DNA of 63,127 nucleotides, counting the filler, from Choristocarpus tenellus KU-1152 (lineage: Eukaryota > Protista > Phaeophyceae): the NCBI GenBank assembly GCA_964200185.2. It is 10 parts of 10 records of this genome, joined end to end, with 100 filler letters (N's around TTAATTAATTAA, not from the genome) between each part and the next. Parts side by side here need not be neighbours in the genome. Positions count along the whole stretch, not along the records: positions 23,903 to 29,119 come from CAXNAD020011471.1; positions 29,220 to 43,524 come from CAXNAD020001230.1; 8 more parts are not named here. One strand, written 5' to 3'. The notes beneath the pieces are model-generated. The model was not told the origin of the DNA, did no database searches, and saw only the letters and a list, made by a program, of their open reading frames with translations. This document shows, piece by piece, positions 25,251 through 37,045 of the stretch (its first letter is position 1; the number at the start of each line of letters is the position of its first letter). The position numbers and the translations under genes were made by a program.

Positions 25251-27320
25251 TTATTCGTGTGGAAAAGACGATTCCATAGGAGGAACATTAAGTTGTTGAA
25301 CTATTGTTGGATAATGGGATAATTGATAGTAATAATATCTTTGTCAGGTGACTACGACTATTATCAGGGTTATTATAGTAGAACAAGAAGAATCCTTGAA
25401 AAGGAATGTTGTAGCAAGTAACAAAGATTACGTGACGAGTTATTAGTGATCAAGGATGAGTAAAAGGTTTATCACCCTTCCTTCTTGAATGGTGTGTATC
25501 ACTCAAACTTTCTACCTCCTACAACATACTCCACCAAGCGTTCGTCACTAACAACCAAAAATCAACAATAGCCTCTCTATAGCCGTACGACAAAACCTCG
25601 TCAATTTTCCTCCTCTCACATGGTCTTAGGAAGTGCTTAAGAATATATATTGGATTTCCCCCTATATACATCTGAACACGCAATGCACACCTTTTGAAGG
25701 TGCACAGGTAGAGGCAGTTTCCGTTGTCGCCGTCTCTAAGTTTCCACCACAGAATTTTTCACACGTTCACTACCATCCAACCCCGCTTAGACTGTTCAAC
25801 ACAATATGACCATAAATTCTACGCGCGCCCTTCGACTAAACAATTTGGCATCACGATCAAATGTTCGCATCTTCAACCCAGAAATCACGAAGTAAATATG
25901 GAAACGATCCCACATAGCTCACAGCGTAACCCCTCATAACTCCCTCTCAGGAAACGGGGATTCAAGAGACTGCCCAAGACCAGTTCTTTCCCCAGTTCAA
26001 ATAATAATAATAATCCAGAATTCGTGAGAAAAACAAATCAAGTATTTTATGTTTTTGTTTCTGTTCTTTTTTCAGTAGTTCCATCGATTATAGCGTACAC
26101 TACCCATCAATCACAGGTTCCGCACTTTGGAGGTTCAGGCTGATGTCGACATAACAATATTCACGCTTCCAATAAAAGGGTCTGTGACCATATACTGCGG
26201 TGGTAGAAAGAACTTCAACCTCAGTCGAAACCTTGTGTAGGCTAAACTGTTTATCACCAAAACATGGTGAGTGAACAAATATATATGTATGCACCGCGTA
26301 GGCGGAGTGTCCAATTAGCACTTAAACTAAGGGTGTGTTTCGACAAGAACCAACACAAACCAAACATTCTGCATTCCCCTATTTGGCGTCTGAAACAGAT
26401 ACAACCTGTTTGCACAGTGAACAAACAGCTCCACAGAATAAAAAAGCAGGGGAACAACCTTAGCTGAAGGTAAATAATAATTTCACCCCTAATCCTTAGC
26501 AGTACTAGCACAAGATGTCTCCAACAAAAAAATCAAACACACTCATGGAAGAAGGGGTACAAACAAAAAGAAAACATCAACGTGATCTTGGTTGCCTATA
26601 CTCTGTAAGACAAAAAGGATGCCTGAGCACCATACACATGTGAGAGACGTTTATTTGCAGCACTTCACGGTAACTCGAAATAAGGAAAAAAGGTCACAAC
26701 AACCAGCCATGAAAAACACAACCGAAGCACCTTGCACCTTTCTCCTCTCAGCTGTTTGTGAAACTGTGTCTCAACTCCCCTCTCCACTATAGGAGTAGCT
26801 AACACAATAATATAACGGCACCATGGCAGACAGATAACAACAAAGACACTACCCAATGCATACCAAAAAACACCAGATGGTGTTAAGAGAACAAACCTTC
26901 ACCATTGGTCACCTGCTGTGCTTACCAGTGCATCTACCTATACTATATTCAATTTTTTACCCCAAACCGGGATCTATTTTTGCCTGTATTTCAATGCATC
27001 TACAAACTATCTGTCATGTAGTGACCAAGGAGGTATAAGCATACCCTATCAAGCAGAAAAACGTCCAGAACTACAAAAAGATAACCATGGTAAATTCTTC
27101 CAACACTGATAAAATATATATGATAAAACAATGTTTGCATAAAGACTCATGCTTTGATAACACTGATCAAGTTCCGGTAGAGGCTGCTTCCTTGGTGACC
27201 TTACTGCCCATTCCTCGCAACTCTGCGTCATCATACAAGACTTGAACGCGTCATCTCATACACCTTGATACAGCAGTGAACAAGCCACCCACTGTAGAGA
27301 CAAAAAGGACACAGATGAGC

Positions 27321-28836
27321 TCAAACTCCAGTCGTGGCTGCTTCCTTGGTGCCCTTACCACCCATTCCCCACAACCCAACATCTCCTGGCAGAGTTCCGT
27401 GCCTCATTTCATACATCTTGTTACGGCGGCGGTAACGCCACACACAAAGACCCCCCGCAACTGTAGCAACAGCAAGGATACAGATGAGTGCAATCCCCCA
27501 GTCAGGAAATTCATCCTTACTGCTCCGGGTGCTGGAATCACTGCAGGGCTCAAACCCTGAGTAGTACGTAAGAGTGCCCGGTGTCACCAGCCCTCCAATA
27601 TCAGCACAGGTCACATCAAGACACTCATAGACACTCTCAAGTTGCTCCTTGAGAGCAACATACCCATCAGACATGGGGGCACTGTTAGAATTGATATTAG
27701 CGTTGGCGTAGATAGTAGCAGCAACAGCAGAGTCGCACACAGCAATCTGGGGGAGGACAGAGGCTGCAAAAGCCCACAGCTCTCCCCAGGCCTTGTCCAA
27801 GTCCTCACCACCAAATCCATTGGGATCGGCCTGGTAGAAGTACCTTTAGAAAAAAATGAGTGGTGGACGGTGAAAGCAGATTGTGAGGACAGTTATCAGG
27901 ATTGTGGTTGTTGCCATCGAGTCCGAGGTAACTATGACATATTCTGGGCTACTTGCTTCGAAGGTATCCCAGGGGAAGTATTCCACACCAGGAGAAACTG
28001 TCGAAAACTGTGGGAAACGTGAAAAAAAAAATATAGATAAGACCAACTTTCACAGTTTAATACACTTGTCGGGTTTAACTGCACAAGGACCACTACCCCC
28101 ATCCTTCATCTAAACAAACTTCCTCACTACAAGTTTTTCAATCTAGTCTCCATCATTTCATTGAACCAAAGACATCAGGCGAATTCACGTGAGGTTGCAA
28201 ATCTAAACATTTCTATCTGATCCATGTACAGCAGCATGTACTAGGTTCCTACACTGCTTCACCAGGCTTTATAGTAGGTCTGTAAAATACTCAGGAGTGT
28301 ACACCCCGTGCTCACATGTTTCGTCCATTATACTTTCGACAACAGGGAGGTGTCACCACGGTAGACTACCAACACACGCACGTACACTCTTGGGCGACAG
28401 AGAACTTTGTTATGCAGAGCTCTACATGGTATTGGCGCAAGCCTACCTTAGGAGACCTTGTAGAAGCGGTATCGTCATCTGCTTGACAATTTCGTTCTTG
28501 GACTTTATGACACTGACGCAGTCCCCTGTCAAGAGGTATCCCAAGCCTTCCTGGAACAGGTCGAGAGCATTAGCGTTCACAGTTGACGTTCCGGTCAGTG
28601 AGTCGCCGTCATCGTCCCCATCGCACACCGCAAAGTTCTGACAACGCTTGTCAGCCAGAGCATAGGGCATGACACCATCACCAGATCCGTCAGTGCCCTC
28701 GAGTGAGCCGGCATAGAACGCCCAGGTTTCATCCCACGCGTGTGGACCACCATCGTTTGCAGTGAGGTCTCCGTTATTGCAGTCATTGATTGCATCCTCC
28801 ATTTCGTGGATCACGTACATCCAGACATTTTGGTAT
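27321..28836 (-). CDS. ISIP2a/FEA1-family (phytotransferrin-like) iron-uptake protein with C-terminal TM anchor; 5' exons missing
   Basis: Exons 28836-28447 and 27843-27321 (phase-2 GT-AG intron). Motifs NVWMYVIHEMEDAINDC, HAWDETWAFYAGSLEG, YALADKRCQNF, MTIPLLQGLLRY, GELWAFAASVLP and LESVYECLDVTCADIGGL are characteristic of the FEA1/ISIP2 domain. TM WGIALICILAVATVAGGLCVW is followed by RYRRR. Confidence 0.88.
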
Positions 28837-29050
28837 CTAAACAAGAGAGGCAAATGCCGAGCATAATGTCAGCGCAGAGAGTACAGGGTGGAGATGCAGA
28901 TGGGAATGAAACCTTATTTTACGCTTTCTACTTACCAACTTGGTCATATCCTACTACGAAACGATCAACAATCAATTGGAATGTCAGTTGCAATCATAGC
29001 TTCAGCATTAGTTGTCGAAATGAAATATGCACCCGACTTTGGAGAAAAAA

Positions 29051-29119
29051 GGGTCAAAGTATCTTGGGGGGGGGTGTCGGCGTCCGTTTTTCACCCTTTT
29101 TTCGATTTTCACTTTTTTG
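29051..29119 (+). mobile_element. MITE family B end, cut by contig break
   Basis: gggtcaaagtatctt(g)n tgtcggcgtccgttttt; near-identical to 49021-49105. Confidence 0.85.
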
Positions 29120-29219
29120 NNNNNNNNNNNNNNNNNNNNNNNNNNNNNNNNNNNNNNNNNNNNTTAATTAATTAANNNNNNNNNNNNNNNNNNNNNNNNN
29201 NNNNNNNNNNNNNNNNNNN

Positions 29220-32200
29220 GAATTTCACTCTTCCATCTGCGAAAGGTTTTTTCTGCCCGTCTACCTGCTCATTCTCCGTCCTTTCATCAAGGCACTCATT
29301 GATAGGGTCGTCTTGCCTGGTACCCTTTCCTAGTGGCAGTTGATCTTCACTTGAGTACTCTTCCCGGACATTGTTGAAGCTTTTTCTACCCCCGCTCGTA
29401 CATTGTGGTTTTTCGTAGCCTTGGTTCTTTGTATTCTCCCATCCCTCTCCTGGCCCCTCCTTCTCCTCATTGGGTCGTTGCTCATCACCTGAACTTGTGC
29501 CCTCCCTGGCAAGGTTTTGTTCAGGATTGACCTTTTGTGACAACTCCTCCATCTGTGCTGTTTCTGATCTCCTGATGAATCTCTCGAGTTCTGTCTGGCC
29601 TGCTACTTCTGACTCATTTTGTCCTTTCTCCTCCACATGGAACCCAGTCTCTTGTCCTGCCACGGTGTCGGATTCTGTATTGCCCCTCATCTCGACCCCC
29701 AAGTGGGTATGTTTGCCTATCCTGCTGTCTTTACTGCTTCTCATTGTGTGCTTGGTGGTCATGGCATTGTTTTTGGTTGCTAGATCGGTCCCTACAAAGG
29801 TACCATTTCCATGACACCCTCCACTGTTGCCAGGGAAATATGATCCTGGGCCAACAGCACAGGAGGGTGTGTGAGAGATGGGACAAAGACGCCTAATAAC
29901 GCCGGTTGGTTACATCTGGTATGGTTTTCTTCACCAAAATACTTGTTGGTTATCTATTCATGTGTGTGTCACACCAGAGTGGGGTGACGTAGAGTATTTT
30001 GTATGCCAGGTGCACGAATTCTACCAAACAAGAAGTGGTCAAGGTTTTTCCTCTTTTTATTGCTATATGTTTGTTTCTTATAGCCGCAAATTCTTCAGTC
30101 CAGGGGTGTCTATTGACCCAAGAATTGAGAAAAATCTGTTGTTGCAATGACAAAAATAAAACTTGGGAGTGACAATCTGGAGGGCTGATGCAAACCCGGC
30201 TCCAATGGAACTGTTAGGTTTCGAGTAGCCGGGTTCAAGGGAAAGAGCTCAGTGGACAACTAGGTGAACCACCTCTAACTCTGACTCCCGATGGTTACAC
30301 GCCCTTTACCTCATGCTGGCCCTTGAGGGAAGGGAAACAGAAGAGATGCTGCTGGAGTGATGGAGAAGAAGAGTCTTGGGTTTAGTGAAGGGTTTAAAAT
30401 ATGGTATCACCATTATGTCTTGAAATAAGTGTATGTCAAGGCTTGGGACCATTTACTTGGGAAGCTCACCAGATTCTCTCCTTGCTGATAGTCCATCTGG
30501 TGATATCTTGAGTCCAACTTTGCTGGCCTTAATTTCTGACCTTGGTGTCAGGTGTTGAATATCCTGGTGATTTCCCCCTGGTGAAAGGTTGGTGGTTTGC
30601 TGCTCCAATATCTGCCTGAAGAACGAGAGGTTAATATGAACAAGGTTATGGACACCAATGAAATACTGTGAGTATTGTGCTCATGGAGCAATCCTGAGGT
30701 GATGGGATGTTTCACAGGAGTGTGCCAGTGTAATGCCCTGTGAAGTGTGAAACAAAGCGGTGCACAATATGTTCTTCTGCAGTAGCTATGATCAAGACAG
30801 AGAGAGAGAGAGAGAGAGGCGTTCTTTTCATAGTGTAACAAGAGATGTTAGTAGAGGTTGGTTGCTGGTTGCAGCAATTTCACCAATTGTTGCCGTATTC
30901 TGTATGAACTGAGTAATTTTCAAGCGTTAAGAAAGAGAATCAACACAAGCACACCCAGTAAGAATGGGATCCGTCTAAACATCACAATCTGCAAATGAAA
31001 TTCTAAACAGACGACATCACCATCATCACAATTGGTTGTCCAGACATTCAGCAAAGGACTTGCTTGCTGTATATTGTTCCATAGTCAGAGTGTTCATGTG
31101 TTACACTTGAAGTACAATGGGGGTATATGTATATGGAAAAGATAGATAAAGAGCCAAAGTATCTTAGAGGGTAGGGCCGTGTCCATGTAGGGGCCAAATC
31201 CAATTTTGCGATTTTTATGTAATTTGGCTATCGTGTTTGTTAGGAAGTGTCAGTATCCTTGTTCCGGACACATCTTTTGATAACATACACATTTTACCTA
31301 CTTCAAAACAATTTGGAGAAGGAAAATGCCATTAAAAAAAAAACGTGGGAAGCAAAGCACCAAATGGACAAACAGGGCAAAACTCGTACCCTCTAAGATA
31401 CTTTCACTCAAATGTGATGAGGAATCCACGGTGCTTGTCTAATGCTGATTATGTGGTCATTGCTACCAAACGTGAATCAAAGGTACCCTTAAAGCTGCTT
31501 TCAAGGAAAGGGTTTTTATCATTTCTATCCGTTATTGCACGACAAACTAGGAAGTATCAATGTATAATAGAAATTATGCTGAGAAATGCTCACCTGGGAG
31601 CTCCCACTCCTGGTCCCCGGCTGCCAGGACCTCCATCCTGGAACATGTAGGAGAAGAAAACATGTGGCGAACTAGAGTCTTGGACTGATTTTTCGTGCTG
31701 AGTCACTAGAGTCATGGAAATCCATCGATTCAGTTCGATTGGACAGCAAGTACTAAGCAAGTTACTGCTGGGATTAGGTTAGTGTTAATACCAATTTCTC
31801 TTAGGAGAGAATGATTGGGAGATGGTCAACTCATCAACAAGGTAGAAGGAGTTCCCCAGTTCATAACCCCAGTACCTGTACCCCCATACACTCAAGCCAG
31901 ATTCCTCTACTCAGATACGGTATCAGCACATCATACGTACATAATTTTGTCCTTTTAGAAAAGTCAGAAATTCAAAAAGTTAAAATGTTGGAGTGGGAAA
32001 ATGTATTATATCCAGAGTTATCTTTCCAATAATATGAAACTGAAAGCATCTGTGGTTTTGTTGGCAAGATCATTTCCAAATAGACTGAAAATGAAACCGA
32101 TGAATGTTTCAGAAAAAAAAAAATGTTTTACTGAAGGAGGCTTGCATTACTTGAGTGGGCGTTGTGAGGGAGGTAGAAGATTGCACATGTACCGCTCTAC

Positions 32201-33750
32201 GACACAACCCCAATCGTGAATGAGTGACATAAGCCGGCATAGCTACACTAGAAACATTGCTGACACCGATGCCCTCCTGGGTGTGGATGAGAAAATGTTT
32301 CTGAACACAATTGATGTCCAACTTATTGGCTCTGTCATTGTCCCCTTCCCTGCATGTCTTCCCTCCCAAAGGATAGCGAGTCCTTCCTCTGCTGGGAGCT
32401 GCATGGTTCATTATCCTAGGTAAACACGGCCTAATATGAGGGTGCGTTCCTATTAACCCTGCATCCTCGTTGTACTACCTGCATGGGAGTCAGTAACTTT
32501 TGGTCGCCCCAAAATACTACAAATTAAAAAAGTGTGTGTCGTCCTGCCAGGCGTTTACACAATGCTCTCAGCACTTCTACGCAGGAATATGAAAGATGTT
32601 TGACTCTTTGAAAATAGTATGTTGTAAAAAAACCCAACCAGAAATCACGTTACAAAACACAAAGCATTAGATACATGACGGTTTCTTGCAAATGAGAACA
32701 AACTTTGCTGGTAATCCAGTCTTGGCACTATTCACAATCTTCCTGTCATAAGACCAGTCGAGGAAGATGATATTTTCCGGGATGCTTTGAAGCCGCACAC
32801 AATATGAAATTTGCAGTACTATCGAAATGCACTAAAAAGGAAGTGTACACCCTCATCCAAATACGCAATGACGGCATTCAAGATGCATGTGCAATAAATA
32901 GCACAAGACTACCATATCTACATTTTCAATACAGCACGCTATCAGTCCCCAAAAATGCTTGTGATGGAGCCCTCTTTTTCAACCACCTTCCAAAGCGATT
33001 CACCGGCGGACAAACTCGATCCTCTTGCATTCCTCCCCTTGTCTCCCTCCTCGATTTCCGCAGACTTTCTTCCCTGCCCATCTCCAATGCTATCAGTACA
33101 ACCCTCACCATTCGAGCTGTGAAAAATCCCCTGACAAATTGTTCCACCACCTTGTAGTGGGAGATTTTGGGGTGAAGATTCGGAGGGAGAAGGTGGACTA
33201 GACGAGGAAGAGCTCGAGGAGCGGGAATTATATTCCTGTTGCCCTTCTCCTTTTTCTAGTTCATCACTAGTAGTATGGTTGCCAATGAAGCCCAAATTGT
33301 TAATACCATGTGTGATAAGATCCATCAAGGGGTGATGCATTGTGGCTGTAGATTTTCGGCGAAGATAGTACTGGATGCCACCGTGCTCATCCACTCCAGC
33401 TCCTCTCCTGGGCGCCGATTTACCACCAACCCCTCCCCCCCTAGCACCATTGCCAATGTGTTCAACATCATCCATATCCGTTCCAGGTGGTTCTCCTCTG
33501 CCCCGTTGAGTACTCTTTCTTATGCCCATACGTTTCCTCTCGGGCCTTCCCTTGCCTCTGCCCACTATCATGTGACCCTGGGCATCTGTATTTCTCCTCC
33601 TTGAGCTTTTCTTGCTGGTACGCTCTTCTCCCTGACTGTCCTGTATATCGCCTCCCGAGGCGTATTGAACGCAATCAAATCCTTTTTGTTTTTCCGATTG
33701 CTTTTCACCCAACCTGGGAGTCATGTCAGGAATAGTCCGATGACAAGATT
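29220..33750 (-). CDS. Multi-exon gene for an unknown low-complexity protein, running into the contig end
   Basis: Candidate exons ~33750-33110, ~32415-32150, ~31637-31594, ~30614-30470 and ~29845-29220 have acceptor/donor signals, and the last four are phase-compatible. No domain recognised. It may be the continuation of the ankyrin gene or a separate gene. Confidence 0.55.
31151..31409 (+). mobile_element. MITE family A, full-length
   Basis: gagccaaagtatcttagagggta / taccctctaagatactttcactc; flanks AAA / AAA. Confidence 0.9.
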
Positions 33751-35039
33751 GGAGAGGAGAGGAGAGGAGAGGAGATGAGATGAGATGTGGCACAATTCCA
33801 ATAGATGTAACAAAAAAAAGTTCGATAATTATAACCCATTTGCACTGGAGTGTGCCACACAACTGGAATCTACGATGTATTTTCCTTCTCACCCCGGCCC
33901 CTATCCCCTCAATCATGTGTGCACAATGTATATGTACTGAAGTATACACCATTCTTGGCTTTATTCTGGGGTTGGTCGTAAACCTTTCAACAGATGCTGA
34001 GGAAAGCAAACAGAAAAACCAAGCGTCAGACGGAATGTGACTTATCTTGTCCTATCCTTCTGTTTAGATTGCCTTTTTTGTTCACCATCAACTTCACAGA
34101 CTGCTTCTTGCTCATTTCAATGCTGTGCGAAAACCTTTCTCAAACTGTTGACCTCGAACTGCTCCATAGTCTCTATTTCCTCCAAAAACATGTCAGTCTA
34201 TATAGTTCTCCTATCTGCATTCTCCTCCACCCTAGCATGGTGCCAGCTGCAGAAGTCACACTCTTCAAGGGAAAGTTTTCATAGCCAAAACGTAAATCCA
34301 GTATACAAATCATGTGTGCTTACCTCAGGTTTTGGACGCTCCCAACTCGGATATACTGTGGCTTATGATCTTCATCATAGGCTTCCAATGGAGCTTGATT
34401 TTTGGAATGGGTAGAAAAGGAGGCATGAGTCAGGGTTGAGGTGAGAGTGGTTGAATTCTCCATGGCCAAAGTCTAAGGATTACACAATGTGAAATGCTAT
34501 TGATAGGATGAGGGGTGTGTCCTTGTAATTCTAAGCCAATGGTGTCTTAATGTAGAACATCCAGGTGAGATCGAACACTGCCCATCTCAATAAATTATTC
34601 GGACGTGATGGTCTCGAGATTAATCTTACAAAAAATAGAAGAAATTGTACCAAGAACAGTGATATCAGTGCCATCACCATGGTTAGTTACATATTTTTCT
34701 CACAATAATTTTTCTTTTAACAATAATGGAATGCATATTACCACTTCGTACTGTGTTCATAACATTGCAGGGAACGCAACGCAATATGAAATCAGTCTTT
34801 ACTACAACATTGTAAGATTGGGCTGCTCGGACTGCTCACAGCATGTGCACTTATGGCAGGGAGGAAAGAGGCGTGAGAATGAATCGTGTGCTGCAATCAG
34901 TTTGGCCTTGGCGTGTGAGAGAGAGTGAACTGGAATTTCACTTGAGTCAATTGCATTAGATGTTTCTGCCTACCACTTCTGTTTTGTACCCCTTGCATTG
35001 CATGGATTTGGAGCTTCTCACAACCAACTAAATAAAGCC

Positions 35040-35100
35040 TGTGCTAAAGTGCTAATGTGCTAATGTGCTAATGTGGTAATCTGCTGATGTGCTAATGTGC
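35040..35100 (+). repeat. 8-bp tandem repeat (GTGCTAAT)x~7
   Basis: gtgctaaagtgctaatgtgctaatgtgctaatgtggtaatctgctgatgtgctaatgtgc. Confidence 0.9.
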
Positions 35101-36663
35101 TGCCTGTTCTTTGCGACTCTCTGAAATTGTCAAATTGGCACATGATGGCCCTTTGTCACCCTACCTATGAGGCGATTATACAACTATGCACTTTGAGTAT
35201 GCTGCACAAATGATAAAAAAAATAAGGTACAGGTATAGAACAATTGTTGAATATATCTGGAACATGCTAGATGGGAGAATAAAAGTGGACACACGAGATT
35301 GAGGGCTGGCTGAAGTCAAGAGAAGCCAGTTAGAGTCAGGGAAAGACACACCTAATGGTTGCTGTGGGTGATGCTTGCGAATTGGTGCAAGTGCATATGC
35401 GAAGTGGTGCCGCTATTGAAAAAAAATGCAGTGTGAGACATTGAGCAGATGTAAGGTATCTGGAGCTGATAACGGCGATCAGATAGAGAGTGTCAGAGCT
35501 GGAATAGCCTGCAGCCAATAGGATTGGTGTTCAGTTTGTTCAAATATCTATGCCATAATTCTCACCCAAGCCTTGGCTGCAAAACGAGGAAGAATTTTAA
35601 GGCTCAGTACCATCAGCACAAAGAGAGCTGCTGCAAGGGGTGTATGGAGTACAGAAAGATGGACAGACGCTAGTTCATTTTTCTCACATGCTGTACATAT
35701 TGCTTATGCAAAGCGGCTTCTAGAACCCTTGCTTGGATTTGATTATATCAAGCGGTTTATTTGCCACGTTGAGTCAGTAGGTTTGTCTATGAAAAACTAC
35801 ATTTGTTCTAGAGCAGTTTCTCAAATTTCAGCGTGGAGTGCAATACAAAGGTGATGGGGCTTTTTATTGGCCACGATAGTCAACGACTGGTACTAGAGGG
35901 CAATCGCTCATGGGCCAACCAGGTTCACATATCACAGGATAACATCACAGTTGACCAAGGGAGGAAGGACAAGGCCTGCCCAACTCCTGCAACCCAGGCG
36001 GTTTGACTTTTCTACTCTGCTGTAGCAGTGTTCAGAGTAGAAGAGTCCAGTCCCATATCGTACAAATAAGAGAAATTGTTATAGCAAACTTGAAATCACA
36101 CAATTATAGATGGTACACACAGTATGTGTACAGCGATGATGAAAGCAACAAAGGGACTCACAGTGTAGCGGGAAGATTGCTCTCGTGTTGTCACCAGCGT
36201 CCTCACGGAGGTCTCCTGAGAGGAAACGCCTAATCAGACGCCGTTGACGAATGCACCCGTACCTGATACCAACGAGAGGTAAAACGCCCATACACAAGAA
36301 GGAATTAGGAGCGCCCCTCTGGCTACGATGGGGTACTTCTTCCTCTTCCTCCTCTTCCTCATCTTCCACTCAACAAAGGAATAATCAGTACAGTGTTTGC
36401 AATTCTTCAGGAGGGAGTTATCAAGGCCCAAGAGTGGATTCGGGAAAGAGAGAGAGTGAGAACGTTTGTCCAGAGGGGGCAAGTACATTGGGATGTCATG
36501 TGAGGACAAAGTGTGTAGGGAGCTTGGGATAGATATCATAGAGGAAGTCAGAAAGACAAATTCGTGAAACCCCTTAAGTTATCACCACCAACTCTGCATC
36601 AGCGTATGGGTCTGACCCTTCCCCTTCAAATCAGGTCTGTTCCTTGTTTTCCCCTAGCAATAT

Positions 36664-36932
36664 GAGTGAACGTATCTTAGAGGGTACGAGTTTTACCCTG
36701 TTTGTCCGTTTGGGGCTTGGCTCCCCACGTTTTTTTCTATAACATTTTCCTACTCTGAAATTTTTTAGAGTAGGGAAAATGTATATGTTCTGGAGTAGGT
36801 ACCATGTATATGTCTGGAACAAGGATATTGACACTTTCTAACAAACACCATAGCCAACATTTAACCAAAATCGCAACATCGGATTTTGACTCCCAAACGG
36901 ACGCGGCTCTACCCTCTAAGATACTTTGACTC
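36664..36932 (-). mobile_element. MITE family A, full-length
   Basis: gagtgaacgtatcttagagggta / taccctctaagatactttgactc; perfect 4-bp flanking duplication ATAT. Confidence 0.9.
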
Positions 36933-37045
36933 ATATGCGACCCCATTAGTGACTAGCAACGAACACATTTCTCAGCACAAATGAGTTTCCAGAAACCTCA
37001 AGTATTTTCCCCTAAAAAGCAACTCCCTTCTTTTACAGCATTAAC

